This document shows, piece after piece, positions 14,087 to 30,798 of a DNA stretch of 64,000 nt. Below the pieces are notes generated by a model. It was not told where the DNA came from. It ran no database searches and saw nothing but the letters and a program-made list of their open reading frames with translations. The DNA lies in NCBI RefSeq assembly GCF_009914755.1, contig NC_060930.1. One strand, given 5' to 3'. Numbering within the stretch: position 1 is the stretch's first letter; every line of letters begins with the position of its first letter. The translations under genes were made by a program, and so were the position numbers. The DNA is from the human T2T-CHM13v2.0 reference genome, Homo sapiens.

Positions 14087-17000
14087 TAAATGTCAGTTCA
14101 GGTTGACCACAGGGAAACTTTGTAACGACCAATGGGTCAAGCTTCTGAGGCACTGGTTCTGGCCCCTTTTCCTCCTCTCTCCAACCCTCTCCCTCTTGTC
14201 CCTGTTCCCTGACTTCTCCTAGGTGTCAAAAACAATCCAGGGCTCATTTCATCTCTGTACATCCATGTCACTCTCTCCTCCTTAACTCTTCAAATAGTAT
14301 CTTTTTTTTCCTTTTCTTAGAACCATATCTGGTGTGACAACAATTTGAAAAGCGCCACCCATCCTCTCTGAGACCACAAACAGCGCTGAAGGCAGTGAAC
14401 CAAGACTTACAAACAAGGGTGTAGACCAAGGAAAATGCTGGGGGCCAGAGGAGGAGAAAGCAAGAAGATAGAAACACCATAGTTTCAAGAGGGAGGGGAG
14501 CAGAAAGCCGCCAGCTCTCCAAAAAACAAGAAGCAAAACCCAGAACTCAAACCTCATGAAAGTATCACGAGGTTGAAGCCTTTAAAAGGTGTTTTTACAG
14601 CAGATTTTAGAGACTTCTCACCTTACCAACAGTTATAAACCCGTATCCTTGCAAATTCAGCAGTAGAGTCATTAGATTGCCCTCTCAGCCTCTGCACGTG
14701 AAGGGTCTCAGGGCTTTTCAGGACATCTTTAGGGTCAGGTTTCGTGAAATAGGTAGGTTGGGCCAGCTTTCTGGGGACTCTAAGCAACCTTGGAGAAAAT
14801 GGGCAGGAGTAAATAAAGGTATGCCAGCTTGCTTTTTCCAGTGGGGACTTGGCAAATGCCAAAAACAGTATAAATATTATATTCCCATCTTCTAATATCA
14901 TGGAAACCCATGGTGGCAATGGGGCGCAGGGCTCACTAGCCACCCTGAGGTGAAGAAGTGGCCCCTCAGAGATCTGAAGCTGGTTAGCAAGAGTTCACCA
15001 GGGCCTAGCTCCTTGTCCCTCAGGGAAAGCCCCTGGAAGGGGCAGCCCCTGGAGAAATGTTAGAATTCTGGGTGAATTATTTTCTTATGAAATTTCATCC
15101 AAAGTTTTAACAAAGTACCAAATAGGAGAGTTGTTAAGTATTGTGAGTGAGTGAGGTGGAGGAAGCAGAGCGGGGAAGGGGTGGCTCCACTCTCTCACTA
15201 TATTCACTGCTCATCCTAGAGATGACCTAGTGTCAAAAACGTTGCAAATGCAACCAGCTGCCTGTTGCATCCATGTAGTTCAGTTGTTGCTATTTACAGG
15301 GTAGTATAAATGCCCGGTGCTGCTATGAACCAAGGTGCTGAGTATCAAATGTTCCTGGAAGAGCACCTAGTAGTGTTTCATTGGATGGTTTCTAGTAAAA
15401 ACTTTATGCAAAAGTAATATGGTATTGCTGATTATAGGTATTATCTGATAATAATAATCCTGTCAAGTACTTGCTTGGGCCAGATCACTCTGTGAAGGCA
15501 GAAAGTTGGCAATGCTTGTCTGAAATGCAAGATTCTTTCTCTTTTCTTCCTCCCTCCCTCCCTCCTATTCAACCATCCTTTATTCACCCTTGGAAAAATT
15601 TGGGCTCTGCATTCACTCTTGCACAATCCTGTAATCTCATGGTTTACTTTATGATGACAATATTAATGACAATAAAGGCACATTTTCCCTAAGATACTTG
15701 GGAGTATGTGTGGCTTATCCTTCTGTTTTCCTTACGAAGTAAAAGGGAGCTCAGTGTGTCTGTCCTCACTTTACTGATGCAGAGATTAAGGACAAGGAAT
15801 CTAGGTGAATGGGCAGTAGGGGACATGAAACATGGCAGGGTCACCGGAGCAAGCCAAAACACTTTTGAAGAGCCAGTGAGTCAAACCTGTGGAAACCTAT
15901 GCCAGAAAGTTCTTACAGGGATGACTGAACTGTTCCATCTGAACAAAAAGAAAATATATTCATTTAAACAAGCCTAAAGTGCAGCTATCTAACAGGCGAG
16001 GTGGATGGGGTTGGGTGCATAGGGTTTGCTGCTTTAGTGCTGATTTCTCAAATCTTTTATTTTCTCTGCTGACCTCTGCAGTACCATAGAACACAGTCCA
16101 GGCATTAGACTTGCAGCCACAGGATCTAGGTCTTGTGTGTCAGTTTTGAAGGCAGCATGCCCTGCTAGACTGCAACATCCTAGAAGACAAAGGTCAGCCA
16201 AGATCTTTGCGTGAGGCCTGATAGAAATCAATGTTCCAGACATTTTAAAAATCAATGACTTCATTGATTTCCAGAAGTTCTCTAGGCAAGAGCGATCAGA
16301 GACTTTAGAAGTTCATATCAACATGGAAGTGGTAGAATGACACCTGAGAGAGTAGTGGGTGGTCACCAGGTCACAGGTGTCAGGGTGATCGGAACACTCT
16401 GCCCTACAGTGACCTTTGCTCTACCTCCCAATATTAGGCAGAGGAACTACCATTACACAGAGCCTGATTATGGTTTTTATGCTCAGGAGAACTTGTGTTG
16501 TCTTCTAAGTGCTGCAGCCCCCAGGTTTTTTGTAAGAGAGGGGCAAATAGACATTTTCTCACGTAAATTAATCAGCTCATTCATGAGTTTTGCAGTCGAA
16601 TCGCTGTCTTTGCATGGTGTTGTCTGCCAACTAATGGAATAGGGGGTCTTCAAATTTTGTTGACAAAGATAAGACTTCCGTAAAAGGATCCCTTCAAAAG
16701 CAGCTTAAAGAGAATTCCGAAGCAACTGTGCTTATAACAATAAATGTTTCTCCATCACTTTCTTTCCAGTTCCTTTGCCTCACGCTTCTGCTACTCTAGT
16801 TGTTTTTCCCAGTTTCTCTCCTGTTTACATGCGCTAAAAGAAAACTGTGTAAGGCACTTCATAGGAACATTAAAAACTGGTACAAAGGAAATGTCATGGT
16901 TGGTGGGGCGGAGTTTTTAAAGGTTTGGTGAGAAAAAGAAATCCAGACCTTGCTTCTGGCATTTTCTGGGTAGGATTTTTTCACTGGTCCCTAATTCACA

Positions 17001-17582
17001 GAATAATCAGCTTTGGCAGCAATATTTAGTTCTCCTTTCTTTCTACACACTGGGATGAGGGCATATGAGAACGGAACTTGTGGTAAAGACTACCTTGCCA
17101 CAACAGGACCCCACCCTGCTTACCTTCCGCTGGATCCACAGTAGTCGTAAATATGTAGTGAATTGTAAATGTGGGGCTTCCTGTATTCTGCAGTGGACAT
17201 TGCCACACCACTGTCTCCAGTGGAATGAACCAGAATGTAAAATTTATACCTCTTTTGAAATGCGATGGAGCAACATAGGATGACCACATTTTTTCTGTAC
17301 TATATTGCACTCTTTTGCACAATGTGTAAGAACACAACATGAGAAACCCACAAAGAAGGAAATAGAACAACTGAGGTTGTTGGCTGGGTAGGCTGCAAGG
17401 TAAAGCGCAGAATAGTAAATGCCCCACCTAGCCAACATCCTCTGCCAGCTGTTATTCCTGTCACCTAATCTCTACTGCTCTCTCTCTATTATTCTTTCCT
17501 ATCATCCATCCATTCATCCAGCCAGTCAGACAGCATTTACTGGGGATCCTGTCATGTTGGCTGCTGGGGATATAGACTGCGA

Positions 17583-17990
17583 GTAGTATGCTGGTAAAAA
17601 CTAAATAACTAGCTCTGAGGTAAGGGAGCTGATTTGCAGTGCTTATGGATTTTCATAGTGCTAATACTCCCACCATGACTAATTTCAAGCTACTAATGCA
17701 ACATCATTGAAGCAAAGTTGGGAAGAGATGCACAGTAGCACACCATTTCCACCAACCAGATACAATCGATGTAAATAACCTCCAGTGCACAGATAATAAT
17801 AAAATGTAGTAATGAGGAGCTAATGAGTATTGAGTATTTATTAGCATTGTTTTAAATGTAATTTATTTAATTGCACACTTATATAATTTAATTTTAAATC
17901 ATGGCTGTTTTAACAAACAGCTCACAACATTTCTGAAACTAACAACTGGCTCTCATAAGCAGGTATGTGCTGACTCCAGCACACCACTAG
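17583..17990 (-). mobile_element. MER63-type hAT-Blackjack element
   Basis: tgctggtaaa...aatactcccaccatgactaatttcaagctac...gttgggaagagatgcacagtagcacacca...ctccagcacaccact. Confidence 0.8.
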
Positions 17991-18253
17991 ACAGAAAGAA
18001 ACAATGTATGCTGTTTGCTTTACAAAAGTCTTTTTTAAATCTAGAAAGAATAACTTACATATGTAAATAAGGAGTAGCCATATAGTTAATGTGATAACGC
18101 AGTAGGGGAAAGTGCTGGGCATAGAATTAGTGGGAAGCACAGTGAGAACCTGTTATGCACTGAATGTATATGTCTCCCCGAATTTCATATATAGAAGTCC
18201 TAATCCCCAGTGTGGCTGTATTTGGAGTAAGGAAGTATTAATAATTAAGGTTA

Positions 18254-19216
<963 letters not shown>

Positions 19217-19593
19217 GCTGGAACATTGATGATCTTGGACTTCTAGCCCCAAGAATTGTGATGAAATACATTTCTGTTGTTGAAGCCACCAGGGCTATTT
19301 TGTTATGGCAGCCCAAGCATACTAATACAGAGCCCTAAATAAAATTACCTGGAGGGCGGGTTGGTAACTTGGACTCAACAGAAGCACCTGAGGATGCTCA
19401 GAGGCAGGCTGGTTTGCATTTAGCAAGTGGACCTCCCTATTCCTGAATATTTTCTCTTATCGCTAGTCAGTGTCTTCAGATACAAACACCCTGGCACAAT
19501 TATGATCCTTGGCAGAATGTTGACTTTAGAAGGGAGAACTCCAACTTTGAAGCCCAAGCTGAGAAACACAGCAGGGCAGGTGAGGATTGGTGA

Positions 19594-19956
<363 letters not shown>

Positions 19957-20929
19957 TTAGGCCCCGTCTTTAATAGTGGCTTCTCATGGCAAAGAAATAA
20001 ACAGCACACGTTGGATTAATAACGTATTCTCATTCCCAAGAGTCCTAGCATTGATAATAAAATGTATGCCTTCTAGAATGAGAAAGTCTTTGAGATTCTT
20101 AGACATTTTGGTGGCTGTGCAGCACTTAGGGCATTCTTCCTAATGTGGTATATATGGACATGAACAAATAGTAAAAGAATTAAGAGTTGTGGCCGTTTAT
20201 ATATCCTGATTTGTAGAACAGGTAATGACATATATACTGAGTATGTGTAGATGTGCTTAGAGGAAAGGATGTTGGCCAAAATGTGAACAAGGATGTTATC
20301 TCTGGATTAGATATTTTGGGAGGAGAGTTTACTTCTATATGTTTGCTTGTATTGTTTGCATTTTAATTTTTTGTCAAAAAATTTATCAATTTATAATACC
20401 TGTCCATTGTAAATAAAGCAAGTAAGATTTAAAAAGGAAGTTTAAAATCCAACCATAGTCCCAAGAGCCAGAAATAAGCACTGTTAATATTTTGGCTTAG
20501 AACCTTCCAGATCTTCCGCTATGCGTGGCATATTTTCTTTGTAACCTCTCATCAGCCTTGGATTAATCTGTCTCCATATCCTAGACCGGGGCATCTGAGC
20601 CCTGGGGGACAGAAGGCTCACAGCTCACACAATATTAAGTTAGTTTTAAAACACAGTAGGCCCCTCACCCCTGCTCACAATTTTTAAAAAAGATCTCTAG
20701 TTAGCCCTTTTTCATTCCTCCCACTATTTCAAAGCTTAAACCATTCTCCCTATCTCACCTCCTATTTCAGAGAAAATATAGACCATCAAGCATGACTCTC
20801 TTACTTTCTTCTCTTCCGCTTTTAAATCTGCAGTTTCTTTTCTTCCCCTCTGTTATAGTTGAAAACCTATCTCTTACTCCGTCTAAGGTCCATGCTGCTC
20901 CTTCAAAAAAAAAAAAAAAAAAATTACAA

Positions 20930-21232
<303 letters not shown>

Positions 21233-21739
21233 TTACAACTTTTCTCTGGTTTTGTAATTAATCATATCCATATTGAAAATGTTAGGAAATATGAAAGACA
21301 CAAAGAAGAAAATAAAAATCACATGTAACTCAAACATTAAGAGACAATTACTGCTGGCATTGTAGATTCTTTGTTTTTTCCACACATGATTGTGTGTCTC
21401 TGTACATTAAATAAGTATTTTTACACAATTGAAATTATTCCGCACATGCTATCTCATAAATCTCTTTTTCCCTCTTACAATAGATCATAAATAGTTTTGC
21501 ATGACTACAAATATTCTACACTGAGATTTTAAGATGATTTTTTAGGTTAAAAATAACTTTTTCCTTATTTTAAAAGCAGTGTATGCTTATTGTGAAACCA
21601 TTAGACTTTTGTTAAAAGGGAGAAAAACTTAAATACTTATCATCTTACCTCTGAGATATGATGAGCTGACGTAATTTTTATATAAATTTAATAAAAATAA
21701 GTTCAGTCAGATATCATTCTATATCATTTGTGATATGCA

Positions 21740-21930
21740 AATATTTCATTTAATCCTCATGACATGCTAGGTAGTTGTAATTATTATGATAATCCCCACT
21801 TTCTAGATGAGGAAACTGAGGCCTAAAGAATTTAAGTAATCTGTTTGAAGTTTTTAAGCGGTAGAGGTGGGCTATGGACCTAGGCAGTCTGCCTGCAGAG
21901 GCTGGAGTTTTAATAACTCATCTGTACAGC
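21740..21930 (-). mobile_element. MIR
   Basis: ccccactttctagatgaggaaactgaggcc. Confidence 0.8.
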
Positions 21931-22449
21931 TCTCAATTTATAGGGAACGTCTTTCCACATCAATAAATCTTGCTCTCTGTGCCTTGCTTGCAAATATCTA
22001 CTCTAGCTCAGAATCAGATAAACATTGTTTTGTTTTCTTGTAGTTCTTTTAAGATTTTCTCTTTCGATTACCAGTTGCATGTAGAATTACTTTTGTTTTT
22101 GCTGTGGATGGATTCTCACTTCAGGTTTTTTCCAAATGGTTAACAAATGATCCAAGTTTTATTTATTGAACAACCTATCGTTTCTCCACCAACTTAAACT
22201 GCTATCTTTGTTTCTGCTTCTGTCTTCTCTTGACTTCTCTGAAAACTTATTTCATCTATTATCCACCATTTCTCCTGGATCTTGAAAATATGAGGTAGCT
22301 TTGAATTATTGGTACATTTGCTTAATTAATTGATTGATGTATTATTCATTAAGTAGCATTTATAAAGGATGCAACAGGAAGATTTTTAAAAATCTCTCTT
22401 GGGACTCACTGTCTAAAGACGTGTACGACTCTTTTTAAGAAACACTTAA

Positions 22450-22625
22450 GTTGCACTTACAATGTGCCAGTCACTGTTCTTGGTGATTTACAAATATTAT
22501 CTTATTTAATCCTCATAGCAAGACTATGATATAGGTACTATTTATATCCCCACTTTTCATATGAGGCAATAAAGCATCAAGAGGTTAAGTAACTTGTCCA
22601 AAGTTACATAGCTGGTAAATGGGTG
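22450..22625 (-). mobile_element. MIR
   Basis: tttaatcctcatagca...gaggttaagtaacttgtccaaagttacatagctggtaa. Confidence 0.8.
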
Positions 22626-22795
22626 GCTGGGAAAAGTTAACTGGCAATTCCAATGTTATGCAATGAGTGTCATTATCATAGGGGAAATATAGGGTTCTGT
22701 GGGCTCTTAGTAAGGGCATTTGATAGAGCCATGGGAGTCAGGAAAGACTTTTGGAGGGAGTGATGGCCAAATGATTCCTAAAGAATGAGAAGGAG

Positions 22796-23249
<454 letters not shown>

Positions 23250-23911
23250 TTAAGGATATAATCTAAGAGAACAAAAAATATACACAAAGATGTGTTATTT
23301 AGGCAAAAATGGAAAAATATCCGAATGCCTAAGAATCAGAGAATGAATTTTAAAAAGCTATGTTTTGCAATGAAACACTATAGAACACTAAATAATAACT
23401 ATGGTTATTATAGTGTAGTATGGTCATATGTACAAATGCATCTACTAAATAATGTTGACATGTGCAAAGCAGAATTTGCATACGCACCTTAATTGAAAAT
23501 GATCTAAGGAAGGATGGATTCTGATACTCAAAATTAATTTAACACAATATTAATATCCATTAGATCTATTTTTAGCCTTCTCACAAAGGCAACCTAAATT
23601 TAAAATGGAAGTTAAAATAAACCTCTCTGAAAATCAAAATAAACACCTTTCTATGTCTTCAACACATTTTTTACTTAGTTACTTCCCAGCGCATTAACTC
23701 CTGATTTTAGCATGAGAGGGGGAGAATAAACACTTAGAAGAAATGAAAGATTTCTTAGAATTTTGCTATTAAAATTAATTATTATTCCTGAGACGTATAA
23801 TCAACACCCAATGATGTGTTATCTCTTTGATGTTTGATGAGCTACACTGGAAACATGTCTGCCTATAATTTGGGGTGAGAAACAGAGTGAACTTTCACTC
23901 TTGGGTATACT

Positions 23912-24524
23912 ATGGTTTATTCATTTTCTAGGACTGTTGTAACAAAGTACCACAAACTGGGTGGCTGAAAACAATAGAAATTTATTGTCTCACAGTTCTG
24001 GAGGCTGGAGGTCTGGAATCACGGTGTGAGGAGGGTGGGGGTCATCCAAGGACTCTGAGAGAAAATCCCTTCCATGCCTCCTCTGTCTTAGCTTCTGGAA
24101 ATGGCCGTCAATCCTTGGTGTTCCTTGGTTTGTAGATGCACCACTCCAAGCTCTACATTTTCTTTCTTTTTTTTTTTTTTTTGGAGACAGGGTCTTACCC
24201 TGTCGCCCAGGCTGGAGTGGAGTGGCCAATCATAGTTCACTGCAGCCTTGAACTCCTGAGCTCAAGCCATCCTCCAGCTTTGATCTTACAAACTTCTGGG
24301 ATTACAGGCATGAGCCACTGCACCTGGCCCTTCTGCTTCCATCTTCACATGGCATTCTCCCTGCATCTCTGTGTCTTCTTAGGGGCCCACCCTATTCCTG
24401 TATAATTTCATTTTAACTAATTACATCTGCAATGATCCTGTTTCCAAATGAAGTCACATTCTGAGGTACCAAAGGTTAGGACTTCAACATATCTTTTTAT
24501 GGGGACAAAATTCAACTCATAACT
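23912..24524 (-). mobile_element. MLT1B/C LTR containing an Alu monomer (FAM/FRAM, 24167-24329)
   Basis: gtaacaaagtaccacaaactgggtggc...cacattctgaggtacc...ggggacaaaattcaactcataac. Confidence 0.85.
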
Positions 24525-25384
24525 GGTAGCCTTGGAGTTAATGTAATTAATGCACTGTTTCATTTCAGAATTTTCTGAGAGCAAAATCTGTGATGTCCAT
24601 GACAGGTCCTAGGAGGATCCACACAGGAAAAGGGCTGGTAATGGAGGAATGGTCTCATGAAAGTAGGAAAGATTGCTTTAATAGACTGCTGACCTTTTTT
24701 CCCAGGAGGGTGGCCTCACTTCTGGTTAACCACGGATGTAGTGCTGAAACCCAATGGGTAAAGACAGCCGCAGGCTGTTGTGGGGACTCTCTCTCTCCTT
24801 GATTTTATATTTCCACATGGAGGAACACATATTAGATAAATGCTTCTGTCCTCATCACTCCCTCATTCATCCTCCTCAGCTAAAAGCAAACTAACTGCTT
24901 GGTAAATTTTGGAAGAAGGCCATGAGCATACCCCAATTAGCCTTTTTCTCTCCTCTTTGTAACCAACTGCCGGCATGTCCTCTGTTTCTCCACACACTAA
25001 ACTGTATTGGGGCAAAACTCCACGGGGAAGGTCTGTGGCTGTCTTGTGCTGCTTATGACTTGGTGGGAAACAAACACTAATTCTGGGGGGTCAATGTTAT
25101 GCCACCTTTTGGCCAACAGACCTAAGCCACACTCTCCAACCTGGTTTTTATCTACATTAAAAATGTGTCTAAATTTCCTATAACACAGGTGATGTTTTAA
25201 TTTTCTTTTGTCTACCTCCTTCTCTAAGTCTAAACGTGCTACAAGTTCAGGGAGAAAAAAGGTTGTCCCTCTAGGCATTCTTGGACCTCCAGAAGAGAAT
25301 ACAGTTAGTTCATTTTTAGTTACTTCCTCTACACTGTAAAAACCAGGTATGGAACAGACACCAAAAAGGGTATGGGGGATGCAT

Positions 25385-26088
25385 GTTGTTGTCTGTTTGT
25401 ATTGCTACAACAAAATCCTGAGACTGGGTAATTTATAAATTATAGAAATGTACTTCTCACAGTTCTGGAGGCTGGGAAGTCCAAGGTCAAGGCACCAGCA
25501 GTTTAGGTGTCTGCTGAGGGCCTGGTCTCTGCTTCCAAGATGGCGCCTTCAATGCTGTGTCCTCACATGGAGAAGGGATGGAAGGGCCTAGGCTAATTCT
25601 CTCCAGCCCTTTTATAAGGCACTAGTCTCATCTATGAGTATCCAGCCCTCATGGTCTAATCACCTAATCACTACCTAAAGGCCCCACTTCCTAACACTGC
25701 TGCACTGGGGATTGAGCTTCAACATAAGTTTTGAATTTTTTGTTTGTTTGTTTTTTTGAGACCAGGTCTCACTCTGTCACCCAGGCTGGAGAGCAGTGGT
25801 GCAATCTCAGCTCACTGCAGCCTTGACCTCCCCTGGTGCAGTTGATCCTCCCACCTCAGCCTCCCCAGCAGCTGAGACTACAGGCATGCACCTGTAGTGC
25901 ACCCGGCTAATTTTTCCATTTTTTGTAGAGATGGGGTTTCTCCATGTTGCCCAGGCTCATCTCAAACTCCCAGGCTCAAGTGATCCACCTGCCTTGGCCT
26001 CCCAAAGTGCTAGATTTACAGGCATGAGCCACTGTGCCTGGCCTCAACACGAATTTTGGAGAGGACACAAACCTTCCAACCACAGCAC
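25385..26088 (-). mobile_element. MST-type MaLR LTR interrupted by an AluJ
   Basis: gagactgggtaatttataa...cacagttctggaggctgggaagtccaaggtcaaggcaccagca...gaattttggagaggacacaaac. Confidence 0.85.
25737..26043 (-). mobile_element. AluJ
   Basis: Dimer; TSD tcaaca(ta/cg)a(g/a)ttttg. Confidence 0.9.
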
Positions 26089-26847
26089 ATGTTATTAACC
26101 TCCAGCCCCCAAGACTCTCCCCAGTCATACGAGTGAGGGGTGGAATGTGCTACAGCAGAAAAATGGGTGTTGGTGGAAATCAAGGGATACTTTGTCCATT
26201 TCTAGCTGCTTTTGCTCCTACTTATCACTGAGCAACCATTTGAGGAGAGTCGGCTCTGGGCAAGGTGCCATGCTGGACCCCGCTGAGAACACAAAGAACC
26301 ATAAGGCAAACACCACCATCCTCAGTAAATTTACAGTCTTGTTGGCAAAACAAGCCACATAAAAAAGACAAGTTACGATACAAGACAGGATATGACCAGT
26401 GCCAGTGAGTTTTATAGGCTGTTAAAGTGCCATAAATATTAAGAAGAGGAAGAGAACACTGTGGAACAGTTTGAACTGATAAGACATCGGGGGGATACTT
26501 GTTGGAGAAGGGAGTATTCCAGGTTGGGGGAACATTGTGTGAAAAGGGACTGGTGCTAGCATGTTCAAGATATTTTAGTAAACAATTTGAGCAACACCTA
26601 AGAAGTCCCTAGCTTGTGAAAAGCCAGGGGTTGATGCATACGGTGTAACATGGTGCTCCTTGGGTGGCTCTGAAGTCAAACATGTAGCCTGGAATTCTGT
26701 GCTCTGGGGCAAGTCACTTAACCTCTCCAAGCCTCACTTTCCTTGTATATGGGGTGGCTGCTGTCATAGGCAGTAAGGATAAAGCAATAAGTAAGAAAAT
26801 CCCTATTTATTTTGTGCTTACTTTGGGGTACAGTTGTTATTCTAAGC

Positions 26848-27155
<308 letters not shown>

Positions 27156-28246
27156 TAAATGCTAGCCTGAGGCAGGTACTTTTATTACCCTCATTACACA
27201 TGTGAAGAAAGTATGGTCCAGAGAGGCTAAGCACCTCACTCTAAGTCTCCCAGCCAGCAAGAAGCAGCAGCCACATGCATACTCAGGCAGTCTGGAGCCA
27301 GAACCCATGCTTTCAACCATTGTGCTAACTAGCTGTAAGGTGGTGGGTTTGTGAAGGGATGTTGCAGTGGGAGATATGATTGTATAGGGTACAGATGACC
27401 TTGACCACCAGAGTAAGAAAAGTAAGAATATCTGGCAACTGAGATTCTTTTCGATTTACTGCTTTGCTGCTTGAACAAGTTGTTTGGACTTAAAATTACA
27501 GGTTTTGGGTGGCCATGCAAGGCCTTACAGAAGAGATAAGTAAAAAGCTATTTTAGGAAGATTATTCTTCCTGTGACATAAATTATGGTTTGGGGAGGAG
27601 AGAGGTTGGATGTCGGGGAGAATAATTAGAAGGCAATAATAAAGCTTGCATCTAGAGCAGGTGCATTGAGAATGTAAACGGAGAGATGAGTTTAAAAGAC
27701 ACTACTATGAGAAGAATATTCACTCCATTAAAGAATGTTTAATCTACTAGTCTATCCTTGTATTTAATGCCATGGATATATCATCTTTTTATTTGGTTTT
27801 CATGGTAACATGTATTGTCTAGGAGAGGTGGGATAAAAGAAACTTCATGTTTTTTTTTTAGTATGGTAAGGTTTGAGCTTTTAGCCACTTAATAGCATTT
27901 GAAAATGAGCTACATTACAGCAAAAAGGAGATTGTACACTGATATACATAAAAAGGTGACAAAATTCATCCTGGCTTCCTTAGTCTTGTGAAAATCTCTT
28001 TGAAGAATAGCATACATCTGTTCAAATTCTCTAGAAGTATTATTGGAGAGTGAATTTGCTTGAGGTCTCCACTTGGGATTCAGTGATTGGAAGTGGAAAA
28101 ATGAATGACTCAAGGTATCTTTGTTGATGGAGGCCAGGCTAGGGAGAATCAAAACTGCAAATCCCACCAGAGCAGGGTTCTCTAGTTCTCCTGTGTCTAT
28201 CCCTTTCTTTGATTGGCTACGCAAACCACAGCAGAGAATACATGTG

Positions 28247-28657
<411 letters not shown>

Positions 28658-29054
28658 TAGTCTTAAATCTCTAGATGATACCTAAGAACAAGTGTAAAAT
28701 AATAGAATAGAACAAATGGTATATATGTAGCTCTTCATGAAATGGACACATATATGTACATAAGTACACATATATACATATACACCAATATGTACATATT
28801 AATATGTAAGGCATTTTTCTGGGAAGACAAGGATAAAAAAAGATCTCTCATGGAATTTGCACTGTTAAGAGAAAAAGCAAGCTGCAGAAAAGTTATGTAT
28901 AGCACAATTCTATTTCAGTTTTTAAAAAAGGTGTACGTATGTTTGTGCATGCATGTGAATGTGTGTGTGTGTGTGTATTTGTCCTCCTGGGCATTCGCTT
29001 AGCCTTTGGGTAAAAATACGTGTCTTTGATCTTGTTGTGGAAAATTCTCATACC

Positions 29055-29359
29055 TTATGTTTTCTTTTTCTAACTTTTCTTTTGAAATAATTGTAGATTC
29101 ACAGGACATTGCAAAAATAGTACAAAGAGGTCCCATGTACCCTTCACTCTGTTTTTTGAGACAGGTTCTCTCAGGCTGGTCTCGAATTCCCGGACTAAAG
29201 CGATCCTCCCCTCCTCCCGCCTCCGCCTTCCATGTAGCTAGGACTATAGGTGCTCACCACCACCTGGCTCTAATGGTTACTTTTTACATAACTTTAGTGC
29301 AGTATCAAAACGAGGAAATTGACATTGGTGCAGTATCAAAACAAGGAAATTGACATTGG

Positions 29360-29393
<34 letters not shown>

Positions 29394-30250
29394 CTTTGCC
29401 ATTTCACCAGATGCGTAGGTCCCTGTAACTACCATCACAATTGAGATGGAGAATTGTTCCATCGCTACAGAGCTCTCCCTCATGCTACCCCTGTATAGTC
29501 ACACATACTACCCTCCCATCACTGTCCTTAATCCCTGGCAACTCCTAACCTGTTATAAGACATTTTACAATGTTTGCAAATGTATAATTGAACCCATACA
29601 ACCTGTGTCCTTTTGAGATTGGCTTTTTTCCCTCAGCATGTTGACCTCAAGGTCCATTCAAGTTGCCGTGTGTATCAATAGTTCCCTCCTTTTTATTGCT
29701 GAGTATATTGTATGGATGGATATATACCATAGTTTGTTTAGCAGTTCCCCTACTGGGAGACATTTTGGTTGTTTCCATTTCTTGACTATTGGAAATAATA
29801 CTACATGGACATTTGTGTACAGGTTTTTGTGTGGATGTAAATGTTAATTTCTCTATCATAAGGCTGAGGAGTGCTGATGTACCATATGGTAAGTGAATGC
29901 TTACTTTTTTGAGGAAATGCCAAACTAATTTCCCAAGTGGATATACCATTTTATACCCCCACCAGCAATGTATGAAATATCCAGTTTCTTCACATACTCA
30001 CCTGCATTTGGTATTGTCAGTATTTTTTATTTTACTTGTTCTAGTAGATGTGTATTGATATTTCATCTTGGTCTTAATTTGCATTTTCCTAATAACTAGT
30101 GATATTGAACATCTTTTTATGTACTTATTTGCCATCTGTATTTCTTTTTGGTGAAGTACCTGTTTAAATTTTTGCTCATTTTTGAATTGGGTTTTTACGT
30201 TCTTATTTCTAAGATTTGAGAGTTCTTTATATATTTTGGATATTGTCTTT
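29055..30250 (-). mobile_element. L1MC-type 3' end with an embedded Alu monomer fragment (~29150-29270) and (TG)n (29363-29390)
   Basis: ttttgaaataattgtagattcacagga...ttgttgtttccattt...tgccaaactaatttccca...cccaccagcaatgtatga. Confidence 0.8.
29297..29358. repeat. 31-bp tandem duplication
   Basis: gtgcagtatcaaaac(g/a)aggaaattgacattg x2. Confidence 0.9.
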
Positions 30251-30339
30251 GCTCTGTCATCTTTTATTTTTTACTCTATCTTCCATATCTTTTAACCTTT
30301 CTTTCAATTTTCCATTTCTTTGTCTCTCTGAGCTACATT

Positions 30340-30798
<459 letters not shown>

